DNA from: Neoconidiobolus thromboides FSU 785
Taxonomy: Eukaryota; Fungi; Entomophthoromycota
Length of the DNA: 64,000 bases
Direction: 5' to 3'
Assembly (NCBI GenBank): GCA_025603075.1
Contig: MU626354.1
Span: 17,311 to 81,310, forward strand
Shown in pieces: positions 12,690 to 23,965 of this stretch (positions are counted from its first letter, which is position 1; every line of letters starts with the position of its first letter). The notes under the pieces were generated by a model. The model did not search any database. It was not told the DNA's origin and worked only from the letters and a program-made list of their open reading frames with translations. A program made the translations under genes and the position numbers.

Positions 12690-14663
12690 ATGACTTTAAA
12701 AATAATAGAAATTAATTATAAAAGGATAAATAGGAATACAGTTAAGTATTTATACTATAATAAATGTAAAAAACTAAGGTATTCCACATTTAATAAAACA
12801 AACGATGTACTTGCACCCAACGGAGAGCGAATTGTGATTTCTAATACAGGTTTACCTGTAAAAGTAGTAAGTTGGTCGGATTTAGAAGCTCAACTCCTTG
12901 GAATGTATCAAAGATTACATATACCGATGGAACAACTATATTTAGAGCTTCCTACTAGAACATCAGATCAAATAAATAAAAGATATTCGTCATATCATCA
13001 AATTCCATTTACAACAGACGAACCTAATTATATGGATCTGCCAAATATAACCACCAGAAGTCAACGGAAGTTAGTAAATTTGAACAATCAATGGATTGAT
13101 GTAACACCAAATTTATTACCATCTAAAACAGGAGCATTTTCAGCTAATGAGATTGCATTGATAAATATTTTAACTACTATTGATGAGAAGATGCCACATT
13201 TAACTCAACTTATGCCAACAAGGAGTTTAATACAGTTGATTTCATACAAAAAATATAATGAAATGACTCGGAAAAAAGAAGGGGTGGGTATTCCAAACAG
13301 GACTTCTATTTATGGATTTGAGTTACAAACTTCAAAATTAAGCGAAGTTGAAGCCCAGTTATTTAATCTTGCAAAGTCTTATTATAATGATCTCACCGAA
13401 TTAACTCAATATTTACCCAATAGATCCCTTTCACAATTAAGTAGATTTAAAGATAATGACCATTCAGTTTCACGTATTACCCTTAATCAAAAGAGTATAG
13501 AAGCAAAAAATGACCAGTCAACCAACATAAATGAAGTTCGAATTACATCTCTTGATTTGCCTTGTAAGATAGGACCTTATAGTACAGAAGAAAAACTTCT
13601 TCTTGATAAATTAAGCCAATTAAATTTTAATTACAATACTATGAGTAAGCACATGGGTACTCGAACTAGAGCTCAACTTAGTAGCTATTTTTTAAGAATA
13701 AAACGTCAAAAAAAAGTGGGGCCTTGGAATTTAGACGAAATTGAACGTTTTAATAAGTCAATCAAGACCAATTTCCCCAACATAAATGAAATTATTAAGT
13801 CAGATGATGTACATTTAGCAAGTACTATTTGGCCGAGATTGGCTATTGATGTTGGTACGCGTACACCTTCTCAATGTCGTTATCGCTGGTTTGTTGTTTC
13901 AGATCCTTCAATTGTCAAGTATAAATCATTTACGGAAGATGAGGATAGAATCATATTAAGTATGAACAAAAAGGTACCAAGTCTACCAGAAATAGCACTT
14001 AGTCTACCTCATCGATCTTATTCTCAGGTTAAAACAAGAATTAACTCATTATCAGCAAAAAGACGAAAGAAATGGAGTGAACAAGAAATTGAACTATTGT
14101 TAAAAGGGATCGAACTTTATGGATTAAGTGAGTGGAAGAAAGTTAGCGAATATGTTGATACTCGGAATCAAAGTCAATGTCAACATAAGTATATAGTTAA
14201 TCGTTATTCAATTGATTATTATTTTAAAAAGTTTCGAAATGTTACCAAAGAGGATAGCGATCTAATTAATAAACTAGAAAAGTATTTTCCGCAACAGCCA
14301 TTAACTATTTCACTATTAGTACCAGGCTACACCTTGAATCAAATTAAGTACACTTTACTAACACATAAATTAAAAAATAAAACCCAATTATATGCGCTTA
14401 ATCGACGTTGGACCCCAGATGAGTATTCAACGTTATATGATATGTTTTTAGCGTATGGTGCAGATTGGGAAAAAATTGCTTCTTGTTTGCCAGATGATAT
14501 AACACCCATACATTGTAAATATAAATTGCAAGTTACAACATCAAGTAGGAAATGTATTAAGCCACACATAATGTTAGTAAGGGAAGCGTTGCGTTTGAAA
14601 TATAATGAAGAAAAAGAAAACGGTAAGTTTATGCCTAAAGAAAGGGTTTATTATCGTGGTTAA
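12690..14663 (+). CDS. Multi-repeat Myb/SANT protein (657 aa, intronless)
   Basis: Canonical repeats WSEQEIELL..WKKVSEYVDTRNQSQC, WTPDEY..WEKIASCL and RTPSQCRYRW plus degenerate N-terminal repeats. Confidence 0.85.
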   Translation: MTLKIIEINYKRINRNTVKYLYYNKCKKLRYSTFNKTNDVLAPNGERIVISNTGLPVKVVSWSDLEAQLLGMYQRLHIPMEQLYLELPTRTSDQINKRYSSYHQIPFTTDEPNYMDLPNITTRSQRKLVNLNNQWIDVTPNLLPSKTGAFSANEIALINILTTIDEKMPHLTQLMPTRSLIQLISYKKYNEMTRKKEGVGIPNRTSIYGFELQTSKLSEVEAQLFNLAKSYYNDLTELTQYLPNRSLSQLSRFKDNDHSVSRITLNQKSIEAKNDQSTNINEVRITSLDLPCKIGPYSTEEKLLLDKLSQLNFNYNTMSKHMGTRTRAQLSSYFLRIKRQKKVGPWNLDEIERFNKSIKTNFPNINEIIKSDDVHLASTIWPRLAIDVGTRTPSQCRYRWFVVSDPSIVKYKSFTEDEDRIILSMNKKVPSLPEIALSLPHRSYSQVKTRINSLSAKRRKKWSEQEIELLLKGIELYGLSEWKKVSEYVDTRNQSQCQHKYIVNRYSIDYYFKKFRNVTKEDSDLINKLEKYFPQQPLTISLLVPGYTLNQIKYTLLTHKLKNKTQLYALNRRWTPDEYSTLYDMFLAYGADWEKIASCLPDDITPIHCKYKLQVTTSSRKCIKPHIMLVREALRLKYNEEKENGKFMPKERVYYRG

Positions 14664-14933
14664 AAAGTTAAATAAAAAAGTTATAAAACAATTTAACTTA
14701 TTGGCTTATAATTATTGAACTATGTTAAAATTAATATTTCAGATTCTTGTTTTAATTAAAAAAATTAAATAACAATATTAAATAAAATCCACTTTGGTAG
14801 CGTTACATTTAATTAAATACTATACTGTTGGAGCATTGCCAATAATTCAGAATTGATCTAAAAAAATTCAACTATCACTTTTATTCTATTTTTTTACAAC
14901 CATATATTTACTCAAAACAGATGCTATAAAAAC

Positions 14934-15526
14934 TCAAAAGTCAGATAAAATACCGTTTTCCAACTCAATACTTTGACCTTCAAAAGTTAGTCTGCTCTCA
15001 GCTTCTTCCAAATTTTCCTCATTGTTTCCTTCTTCTTCTTCTTCACCAGTTTCAAGCTGTAATTTTTCTACAATCACCTCCAATAACCTTTGTTGTTCTT
15101 CCTCATTAAATCTTTCTTCGAAATCTTCAACAAGCTTTGTAATTTATTTTTTAAATGAAAGTGATAAAAATTAATAATGTGCTTACCACAACAAGCTGTA
15201 CCAATTCGCTTGGTGCAACATTTAAAATCTGAAGTTTTTCAGCTTTGGTTAACTGAAACTCGGTTAAAGCAGATAACAAATTATGAACTTTTTCTGTACT
15301 CTGACTTCCACTATTCAACTCTGATAAATATTTTTTTACCTAAAAATAACATTAACATTAATTTTTCATTTTATGTTATGTTATTAATTACTTCAAACTG
15401 AATAGTTGACACATTTTCGCCTTTTTTAACCTTCTTTAATTGTTTGGTTAAGGCGCTTGTTTCTTCGATTATTGTCAACACTTCATAGTTTGATAGCATC
15501 GCTTCATGTTCATTTACTACCTCCAT
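14934..15526 (-). CDS. RPC17: RNA polymerase III subunit C17 (RPC9/CRCP family), 2 introns
   Basis: MEV...AMLSNYEVL, ENVSTIQFE, FQLTKAEKLQILN..P, EERF; acidic tail; TGA 14934-14936. Confidence 0.85.
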
Positions 15527-15815
15527 GTGTAAAATAAAGTTGAGAAAATGAATTGAACTTTTTGATTTATAAATAGTTTATTCCATCTTAAAGATAAATT
15601 AAAATATTTTTGAAATAGTAAAAAAGTGCTAACAAGTGAGATAAATTAAGAAACGTATACATAAAAAATATAGCTAATCTTTGTTATCTTTATTTTACTC
15701 ATATAATATATAATATATAATACCATGTTAAAAGAAAACAAAATACTTATGTTTAATAAAGGCATAGGCAGATAAATATTTATATAAATTTAAATTTTAT
15801 AATAATATAATAACA

Positions 15816-15887
15816 GCCCGTTTGGCCAAGTGGTAAGGCGTCAGTCTTGTAAACTGAAGATCAGTGGTTCGATCCCGCTATCGGGCA
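15816..15887 (+). tRNA. tRNA-Thr(UGU), intronless
   Basis: Cloverleaf: acceptor GCCCGTT/ATCGGGC (one U.U), anticodon arm TCAGT-CTTGTAA-ACTGA, T arm AGTGG-TTCGATC-CCGCT, T-run shortly downstream. Confidence 0.93.
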
Positions 15888-16270
15888 GCATATTTTTTGC
15901 ATTAAAAATATGCTAAGTATACTCTAATCAAGTTTCTTTTTTATCTCTTTTTAAAGATACCTCATTAAGGGGAGCGAAGTGGTTGAGTGGTAACACATTC
16001 CTTCTCCTTACCCAAAGCTTGAGCCTCAAACCTTAATCTGGCCAAGGAAAATAAATTGTCTGTTAAAAGTGCTGTCAACATTATCTGATAAAGTAGTGAA
16101 AAGCGTCTTAACCGCCCCACATTGTATTCGCATCTTCTAGATCTGCAAACTTTCTTTAGATATTATATACATCAATATTCTTTAAATTCTTAAACTATCT
16201 CAAATAAACCAACACATTCAGTATTTATGGACGTATGATTAAAAAAATACTTTGTTAAGGATTAAAATAT

Positions 16271-16364
16271 GAGGATGTCTTTTTCGGTTTTATTTTTCTA
16301 TTTTTTGAGCGCTATTTCAGCGGAAAATTTATTAGCAAAATTTTTAAACAAAAAATACATCCCG
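16271..16364 (+). mobile_element. MITE copy, diverged
   Basis: GAGGATG...CATCCCG with the shared core; TSD not preserved. Confidence 0.75.
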
Positions 16365-17871
16365 GTGCACTAAATTAGGACATTGCTTTATCAAAAGTTG
16401 AATTAAATTAACCTTATTTTGGATTACAAATGAAACTTCTAATAGTACATTGATAAAGGATAGTGTAAAAACCATATTAGTTATATTAAAATGAATATAA
16501 CTGTAAAAGTAAAATCTTACATTATTTTTTTGAGCATACCATCTGTTTATATTTTTAGAGTTTTTTTGTTAATATAGTTTGATTGTTTTTTAGCTAAGTT
16601 ATGTTATTAGTCAATAAATTGATGTTTAAAAAAGTTAAACATTTAGTTCAAGTTACGATTTTTTATTATGAATTTCTTGGTACTTACAATTAATAATGTA
16701 TTTTTAAATATAAATCCTCATAGTTCATTTAAGCTTACAAATATTTGATAATTTAACAAAAAACCTATATTTTGACTATTGCTACTTTGAAAATAGAGGT
16801 ATTAAATAGTTGACTTTGTTTAAAGCCTTAGTTTATTTTTTTAATAAATTTAGCTATGATTTCTAAATTTTAGGCTAGTTAACAAAATATTGTAGTGACG
16901 AGATATTCTTACTTATTTTATGATGTTCTTCAAAGCGTATGAACTTAATATTTATTATTATTTTGACTTTCAAAGCTTTTTTGATATTTAATAAAAATTA
17001 TTGCTTCAAACCAAAATGTAATTTGTCAATATTAAGTTGTTTTCCATATTTCAGATGCCTTTCATTTAAATCTCTTATTACTTTATCTGAATTTAAAGAT
17101 TTGTGTAGCTATATACTTTTAAACTCAGGTAAGAAAAGTAATAGTAGATTTAGATAAAGGCGTCTTGAATATAGAAAATGATCTAACATTGATAAATACT
17201 ATATTAATTGCTATGTAAATAGTTGCCATAAATAGCAAATTGGACTTTTAAAATTTGAAATAGGGCCAGCTTTGCCCTATTGCAAACAGTTCATGATTTG
17301 AGAATTCTTAGTATTTGGAAAATAGGCAAATGAATTTTTTAGTAAATGCATTGTTTGAGAGGGCATTGAAATAAGTGAAGAAGATAAAGATATAAAATAA
17401 ACACAAGAAATGTGGATAAAAAGTAACAATCAAAATAGAGATAAACGAATCTATTTTTTTCTAATAAAATATAGGGTAATAGCTAATCTTCATATCATCG
17501 ATTCAACTTAAAGTATATCAAAGCACGGTACTTTTTAGTATTCTCTAAGAAAAAATCAATAATTTTATTTTTCTCCTATGATAAAGGTATAAGGGTACTC
17601 CATTTTATTTTTAAATTAGTATAGTTTTCGATTAGCAAATTAGCATATTTAAAGATTAGGAAGTAGGAATATATTATAAACAAGACGAAGTTACAGAATA
17701 AACTTTAATTTAAATAAAGAACAATTTATAGTCCAAAAACGATCTGTGTTTTTATTGAATATATCTATAATAGACAATTTGGCTATTCTTTGAGCCTATT
17801 TCTATTAAGTAATCTGACAATTTGAATGTAAACTTATACTGTAGTCATAGTAAACGCCTGCTCATTGTAAA

Positions 17872-17880
17872 GTATAAAAG
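17872..17880 (+). promoter_or_regulatory. TATA box of lipase L1, shared by paralogs
   Basis: GTATAAAAG also at 44418-44426 (L2) and on the minus strand at 55884-55892 (L4) and 60902-60910 (L5), each about 65-80 bp upstream of the ATG. Confidence 0.65.
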
Positions 17881-17945
17881 TTTTATAAAATGCGACATTA
17901 TACTAAATAACTTTTAATTAAGTTAGCTAAGTTACAATATAGAAA

Positions 17946-19138
17946 ATGCTTTTAAGCTGCTATAGCCCAGCATTTGTTGCTTTATTTTATGATATATCAT
18001 TAGTCCAACGATACCAAGCAGTTGCAAGTCGCTATAATATTGCTACTGTCATCAGTGCTGATAGGATATTATCGCCAAATAATGATAATGGTAACATGTT
18101 ATCATCGAACGACAATAAAGCCTGCTTGAACATCAATACAGAAGGAATCTCAGATGTAGAAAACTACTTTAAAGGCTTGATAGAAAATTTAAACTATTTA
18201 AGAAACCACACTAAATTTGAATCCCATGAGTTACCCGATTCACGTACATTTGAAAGACTAACTCAGCTCAAAAGGAGCAATATTCTAAAAGATGAATATT
18301 ATGCTAGATTGGGTGGTGTTGCTTATTGTAATGACGCAAACTTAAAAGCCTGATCCTACTTTTATTGTAAAGAAGTCCTAGTTCAACATGTACCCACTTA
18401 TTTTGACAAATTAACGCAAACCAAAATTTATTTAGGAATTGGGGATGTATTTTTTTGTCTAAGAACTTTACTAACAATCTTTCTGCTCAAATAGCGCTTA
18501 AAAAATGGAAAAAGTAATGAAACCAAAAAAAACATCCCCAATTGATAAAAACAAAAAATCGATTATTTCAGGTTTCTGTGGAAACTCAACTTTAAAAGAT
18601 TTTATACAAGGTGTTAAGTATTCTAAAGATTCAATTGTATCAAATAAAAAATGATATAAAGTGCACCGCAGGTTCAAGCAATGCAGTGATATATTGTTGC
18701 CTTTGTATATTAAGGGCTTGAGGAATTTATTGACTAAAAAGAAAGATTACAAGCTGGTTATCATTTGAATGGTACAATAGCCATATTAAGTTCTTTGATT
18801 TTAAGGCAAAGACTAAGTTTGAATGACAATATACTATTGGTATTTACTTATATTGAATCAAAAGTAGAGGATAAAGGATTTTCACGCTATTTAAATCAAT
18901 AAACTTTTACCCTAACTCGAGTTATTAACAATAGAGATATAGTACCCCATTTACCTCTACAAACTAATTCTATATCTGATTATCACCATCATTATGGAAT
19001 TTGGGTAAATGGTAATAAAGATGCCTATTGGAATAATAGCTATTCAGAAGGCCCTGAGTGCTCTGCTTCAAAATGGTATGGCTTTTAGTGGATGATCACT
19101 TGTATGTTTGGGGTATTAGATTGGGTAGTGAATGTTGA
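17946..19138 (+). pseudogene. Class-3 secreted lipase pseudogene (L1)
   Basis: Trp-to-TGA at 18351-18353, MITE insertion, frameshifts, GHSLG nucleophile motif deleted; homology runs to IRLGSEC*. Confidence 0.92.
18441..18539 (-). mobile_element. MITE inserted in lipase L1 coding sequence
   Basis: GGGGATG...CATCCCC, TSD AATT/AATT; removing element plus one TSD restores GGA ATT GAT AAA. Confidence 0.95.
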
Positions 19139-19357
19139 TTTTAATAACTTTTGATAAAATTAGTCACTTTGTCATTTATAGTTTTTTGTTTCTAATTCTA
19201 ATAAACAAATAAACTATATATGCAAAATGATCAAAATATAATACAGTAAAGACTATCAATATGGGGGTTATAGAAGCTTTGAATTAAATTTTGAAAATTG
19301 AAAAAAATATAAAAAACATAATTAAGTAAGCCTTTTTTCGCCTCTTTTTTGTCAAAT

Positions 19358-19454
19358 AGGGATGTTTTTTTTATTTTATTACTTTTCTATTTTTTAAGCG
19401 CTATTTAAGTGAGAAATTTGTTAGTAAAATTCTTAAATACAGAAATACATCCCC
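19358..19454 (+). mobile_element. MITE copy
   Basis: TSD AAAT/AAAT. Confidence 0.9.
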
Positions 19455-19563
19455 AAATAAAGGGGTTTATAAACTTTTTGAATTTTTAAAATTGGTTTTT
19501 GTCCTAAAATTACTAAGGGTATATCAGCCTCAAAGTTTATTTAGTACGAAGCCGCTTGTCTTC

Positions 19564-19667
19564 AAAACATACTAAAACATATTAAAACATATTAAAACAT
19601 ATTAAAACATATTAAAACATATTAAAACATATTAAAACATATTAAAACATATTAAAACATATTAAAA
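19564..19667. repeat. (AAAACATATT)n tandem repeat, ~10 units
   Basis: 10-mer array read directly. Confidence 0.96.
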
Positions 19668-20028
19668 TGCAGAGAATGATAATGTTACACTGTAGCTTTC
19701 TAGTGATATTTTTGCTTTATTATATTATTAAACAGAATTTCCTAATGTTTTTAGAAATTGATAAATTTAAGTTTTTCAATGTCTCAGGTACAAGGTTTTG
19801 TTATAAATCTGTTGTCTATTAATTTGATATTTAGATTCTTATATGACTCCTAAACTTTGTTTGGTATAAATTATACTATATCTACTAAAAAACATTGATT
19901 ATCCAAAAAAAAAATTAAATATAGTTAATAAGAAGCATTTATAATTTTGTAAACCTATGGTTTTTTGTATATAATAAGATGATATAAAATTGATATATTT
20001 AATAACAATATATATAAAAATACCATAT

Positions 20029-20224
20029 GGGGATGTGTTTTTGTGTTTAAGAATTTTAGTAACAATTTTTCCGCTCAAATAGCGCTTGGAAGATGGAAAA
20101 AGAAGTCAAAAAATATCCCCCATATAGAAGTGTTTTTTTCGGCTTCATTATTTTTTCCATCTTTTAAGCACTATTTGAGTGGAAAACTTGTTAGTAGAAT
20201 TCTTAAACACAAAAACACATCCCC
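20029..20224. mobile_element. Inverted MITE dimer (20029-20121 and 20126-20224) sharing a central ATAT
   Basis: Two opposite-orientation copies; ATAT at both outer flanks and in the centre. Confidence 0.9.
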
Positions 20225-20511
20225 ATATAGTGAATTTTTGTTAAATTTTATATCGTATTTTTAATAGTATTAATATCTCAGAATAATTCAACATATAAGG
20301 CTATGTCAAAAAAAGTTAATTTTTTATAAATTAAAATTTCAATAATATAATAAAAACAAAACAAAACAAGTTGAAAATTCACTATATAATGGTTTTTGTA
20401 TACTATTTATATTTTCATAATTTCATAAATTTTAAGGTCTATTTAAAAAGCTATAAACACTTTCTCAAAACTTTTCATAACCCTTATATATATAAAATAA
20501 ACTAACTTTAT

Positions 20512-20597
20512 GCAGGTGTTTGGGTTCTTTTTTCCCATTTTTTAAACACTATTTGAGTGGAGAAATTATTCGTAAAATTCTTAAATACCCATCCCCC
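20512..20597 (+). mobile_element. Degenerate MITE copy
   Basis: Core AAACACTATTTGAGTGGAGAAATT..GTAAAATTCTTAAA and terminal CATCCCC. Confidence 0.65.
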
Positions 20598-20725
20598 TTA
20601 TGATTTTATTCGAAATTAACTTATTACAGAAACACTAGTTTTAAGGTTTCAGTTTGATGTAAAAATCAAAGCAATTAATTTTATTTCATGTATATCTTAA
20701 TTATAATGCACTCCATATATCACAT

Positions 20726-23700
20726 TTATTTAGCTCTCTTAGATTTAGATTTAGGTGTCTTTGGTTGTGATTGCGGTTGTTGTTTTATTATTGGAGTCTC
20801 TGTACTTTGTTCTTTTTCCTTAGTTTCACCAATTGTCTCGTCTGGCACTAGACTTAAATCGAATCCTGGTATATCTAAACCTTCTAATATTTTCATAGGC
20901 AGTTTATCATTCAAGGGATGATTAGGTGAATTATAGATGGAATCAAGCCTTTCTTTTAAAACTGGGATTCTAGATACTACATTTAATAAGGTTGCTTGTT
21001 GTTGAACCAAACTAATTAATTGCGAATCTCTTTGAAGTATTGCTTTACGATACTGATTGATTTCTTCGGCTTGTGCTTTGATCACTTGTTGTTGTTGTAT
21101 TGATTCTTGATTAAGCTTTTTAAACCTTTCGTTCATTAAAGTTCCATGCATAGTAAATTTATCAATCATATCTTTGAACTGTGCCCTTACGGATATAACA
21201 GGTAAAATAAGTGAAATAATAGCCTCCTTTGATAGATGATCCAATTTCTCTGGGTATCTTGCATAATCTGCTATATCCGTTAAAAAGAACATTCTACTCT
21301 TATAAGTCCTTGAAAGCGTAGCTTCTGCTTCATCAGTGTCATACTGAATGGTTTCATTAATATTCATTGAGTTCATAGCTTCTGCTGCATCCTTTAAACT
21401 TATACCGCTTTCCATCTCACATATTTTTTCAACTATGTAACTTTTGATACCCTTACTTAAGGCAGCAAACATATCCCTATCTGTTTTGCCCGAGTTACCA
21501 CTCAACCTATTGATGTTATTTATTAATTGTTGATCTTCGCCAAATACTCCAAGTATAGTATCTAACTCAAATGACTTGGAGTGTGGGTTGGTGCCATTTG
21601 TAAGCTCTTCTCCTTCTTCTTTTCTTTCATTATAATTTGTCAATTCTTTGATTGGATCTAATGTTTCAACAGTATTTGATTCTTGCTGTGATGAAGATAC
21701 TTTATTACCAACAGTGTTATTATTCACATGATTTAAGGGGGTTGAATTTGAATCCTTATAAAGTTTGGATGGAACATTCGTCCTATTAACTTCATCCTTT
21801 TTTACATCTGTGTTCTTTGGAGTATTTTCGAGATTTTTAATTATAGTAACAGGTTTCGGTGGAGGTGAATGTTCTAAAGCTGGTGAATTATTTTGAGCAG
21901 GGCTTTCCGTTATTGGTGAGCTAATACTGCTATTCTCTGCTTCTTCTGCTTTTTTCTTCTTATTCTTTTTCTTATTCTTTTTCTTACCATCATTGGTGCC
22001 AAGCTGATCCCCTACATCCTTCTTGCCATTCGTGTCATCTAAATCCCATTGTTTCAACAGTTGGTTTTGTTTCTCTAAAGCTATGTATTTCTCCAATTCC
22101 TTAAATCCTTCTCTAAGTAAAAATTTGCCTATAATAACTGATAGCATCTCCCGACCTTCTTTGATCCCTATTTCAAGTTCATCAACAATACTTCTCCTAT
22201 CATTGCCTAAGCGAAAGATATGAGGGTCAAAGACTCTAGAATATGATTCCATGAGTAAAATTGAAAACGAAAGTTGTGCTTCTTCAACTAAAGCATCTGT
22301 AGTACTTAAAATATAATCAGCTAATTTATCCATGGAAAGGATCATATTGAATTGGTCCAAAGCATACATTCTAAATGTGGCGTGGTGGACTTCCAATCTT
22401 TTAAATTGTTTTCTAAATTCCTTGTTAGTAGCTCTCTCAATTCTAGCAGCAACTGTTTTTAAAGAAGGATCCTTCCAACTTTTTTCTATTTCTTCTTTTA
22501 AATTGTTATAAACTACATTTCTTTTACTTAACTCACTTAATATAGCATTCGATTTAATCCTAGCTTGCCTATAAGCATCTTTGTATGCTTCACCACAACT
22601 GAAATACTCATCACTCAGCAAAGATTCTGCCTCTGTAAGTGAATCAAGTTTTAGCAACTCATCAAAAAAATCCATCTTTTTAAGTCCATTTAATAAATTA
22701 ACAGATGTAATCGCGTTTACTTTGTAACCTGCCATCTTTTTCCTTGCACTTTCATATTTTTCATTATTTTTCAACTTCCTAAATCTATCCTTTGAGCTAG
22801 CCAATAATCTTTGTGAAGCTTCTACTACCTCATGAATAACAGCTGTAAGAACTTGAAGCTCACTACGGATACAAGAAGCAAAACTTCTATGTGTCGTGGT
22901 TAAAATTTCTAAGTAATCATCAATGATCTTTTCTACATATTTAACTGGGTTAGCTATCTCTTCCCCTTTCTTTCTATTCTTTTCTGCTTGACGAAACTTT
23001 TCTATTCCTTTAGACCAATTATCAGTAAAGTATCCAAAGTGTGCATGTGAAAAAGTGTCAGCATAATTATAAGAACTCACCCTGTTTCCTTTAACAAGCT
23101 GATTTACTCGAGTTTGATCGATCCTTGTAATAGTATCAAAATAGGAAAACGTAAAATTAAACGCTTCTTTAGATATAGCATCCCAATCTGAAGTAAGCTT
23201 AGGTACAAAGCTCCTCAGGTAAGTATGATATCTATCCACTGACACTTTAACCTCATCTGGGGTTTTAAAGTGCTTTGAGCTATGGTTACATGAAGGTGTA
23301 ATCAATGATGACTGAAGTTTAGCTGTTATTTGTTTTAAGAAGCAAAAATCATCTCTATGTAAAGTAAAGTTTCCTTTGTCAGAAGTATCTAAAGCGTCCA
23401 AAAGTAGTACATATTCTACCTCGTCAAAATCCTGTTCAACATCTTGAGGCTCATCTTCAATGTCAATATTTAGTTGATCAAGATAAAACTCCAAATAGGA
23501 GCTTGAAGAATATTCTTTTAAATTCCTTTCCCCAATGGTCACAAGTTTTGTTAACAGATCAAAGTTAGGATTTGTAAAATGAAAACTCTTTTTATCATTT
23601 TCCATTTCCATTTCAACAACATCTCTTAAATGGGCCATCGTTTTTTCTGGACAATGAACTACATTTGGAGGTTCGATATGAGATTCAACAAAATCTTCGA

Positions 23701-23965
23701 TAAAATGTACTTGCGAAATGATGTTTTTTTTTAAAACATAATTCATCCATTCTCGACAGATATAACACCCTTCTTCGCAAGGTCGAAAGTTCTTTGCTTC
23801 TTTAATTACTTTATTGGTGGCTACTTTTAATTGTTGAATTTTACCAGTTTCTTCTTTTTTATTTCCTTTTTTAGTGTTAGTAATGCTAATGTTGTCATAG
23901 TTTAACTCCAATAGAGCATCAACAATTGATGGCCCATGGAAGTTTACATATTCAGATAAACTCAT
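20726..23965 (-). CDS. Large intronless hypothetical protein (1079 aa), helical/coiled-coil with Lys-rich NLS-like tract
   Basis: Long ORF; N-terminal CEEGCYIC; KKKNKKKNKKKK; C-terminal Gln-rich coiled coil; family not recognised. Confidence 0.8.
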   Translation of the reverse strand: MSLSEYVNFHGPSIVDALLELNYDNISITNTKKGNKKEETGKIQQLKVATNKVIKEAKNFRPCEEGCYICREWMNYVLKKNIISQVHFIEDFVESHIEPPNVVHCPEKTMAHLRDVVEMEMENDKKSFHFTNPNFDLLTKLVTIGERNLKEYSSSSYLEFYLDQLNIDIEDEPQDVEQDFDEVEYVLLLDALDTSDKGNFTLHRDDFCFLKQITAKLQSSLITPSCNHSSKHFKTPDEVKVSVDRYHTYLRSFVPKLTSDWDAISKEAFNFTFSYFDTITRIDQTRVNQLVKGNRVSSYNYADTFSHAHFGYFTDNWSKGIEKFRQAEKNRKKGEEIANPVKYVEKIIDDYLEILTTTHRSFASCIRSELQVLTAVIHEVVEASQRLLASSKDRFRKLKNNEKYESARKKMAGYKVNAITSVNLLNGLKKMDFFDELLKLDSLTEAESLLSDEYFSCGEAYKDAYRQARIKSNAILSELSKRNVVYNNLKEEIEKSWKDPSLKTVAARIERATNKEFRKQFKRLEVHHATFRMYALDQFNMILSMDKLADYILSTTDALVEEAQLSFSILLMESYSRVFDPHIFRLGNDRRSIVDELEIGIKEGREMLSVIIGKFLLREGFKELEKYIALEKQNQLLKQWDLDDTNGKKDVGDQLGTNDGKKKNKKKNKKKKAEEAENSSISSPITESPAQNNSPALEHSPPPKPVTIIKNLENTPKNTDVKKDEVNRTNVPSKLYKDSNSTPLNHVNNNTVGNKVSSSQQESNTVETLDPIKELTNYNERKEEGEELTNGTNPHSKSFELDTILGVFGEDQQLINNINRLSGNSGKTDRDMFAALSKGIKSYIVEKICEMESGISLKDAAEAMNSMNINETIQYDTDEAEATLSRTYKSRMFFLTDIADYARYPEKLDHLSKEAIISLILPVISVRAQFKDMIDKFTMHGTLMNERFKKLNQESIQQQQVIKAQAEEINQYRKAILQRDSQLISLVQQQATLLNVVSRIPVLKERLDSIYNSPNHPLNDKLPMKILEGLDIPGFDLSLVPDETIGETKEKEQSTETPIIKQQPQSQPKTPKSKSKRAK

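Noticed and set aside
16018-16036. CCTCAAA loop resembling a tRNA-Sec UCA anticodon
   Set aside because: Stem does not pair, no U33, no variable arm or T arm
17208-17281. Two short hairpins, including AATAGGGC/GCCCTATT, as a Helitron 3' end
   Set aside because: No CTRR terminus at the expected distance on either strand
18351-18353. In-frame TGA in L1 as selenocysteine or readthrough
   Set aside because: Replaces a conserved Trp and is accompanied by frameshifts, further stops and loss of the nucleophile
8755-19667. Tandem arrays as CRISPR or telomeric repeats
   Set aside because: No spacers, eukaryotic context, units are not telomere-like
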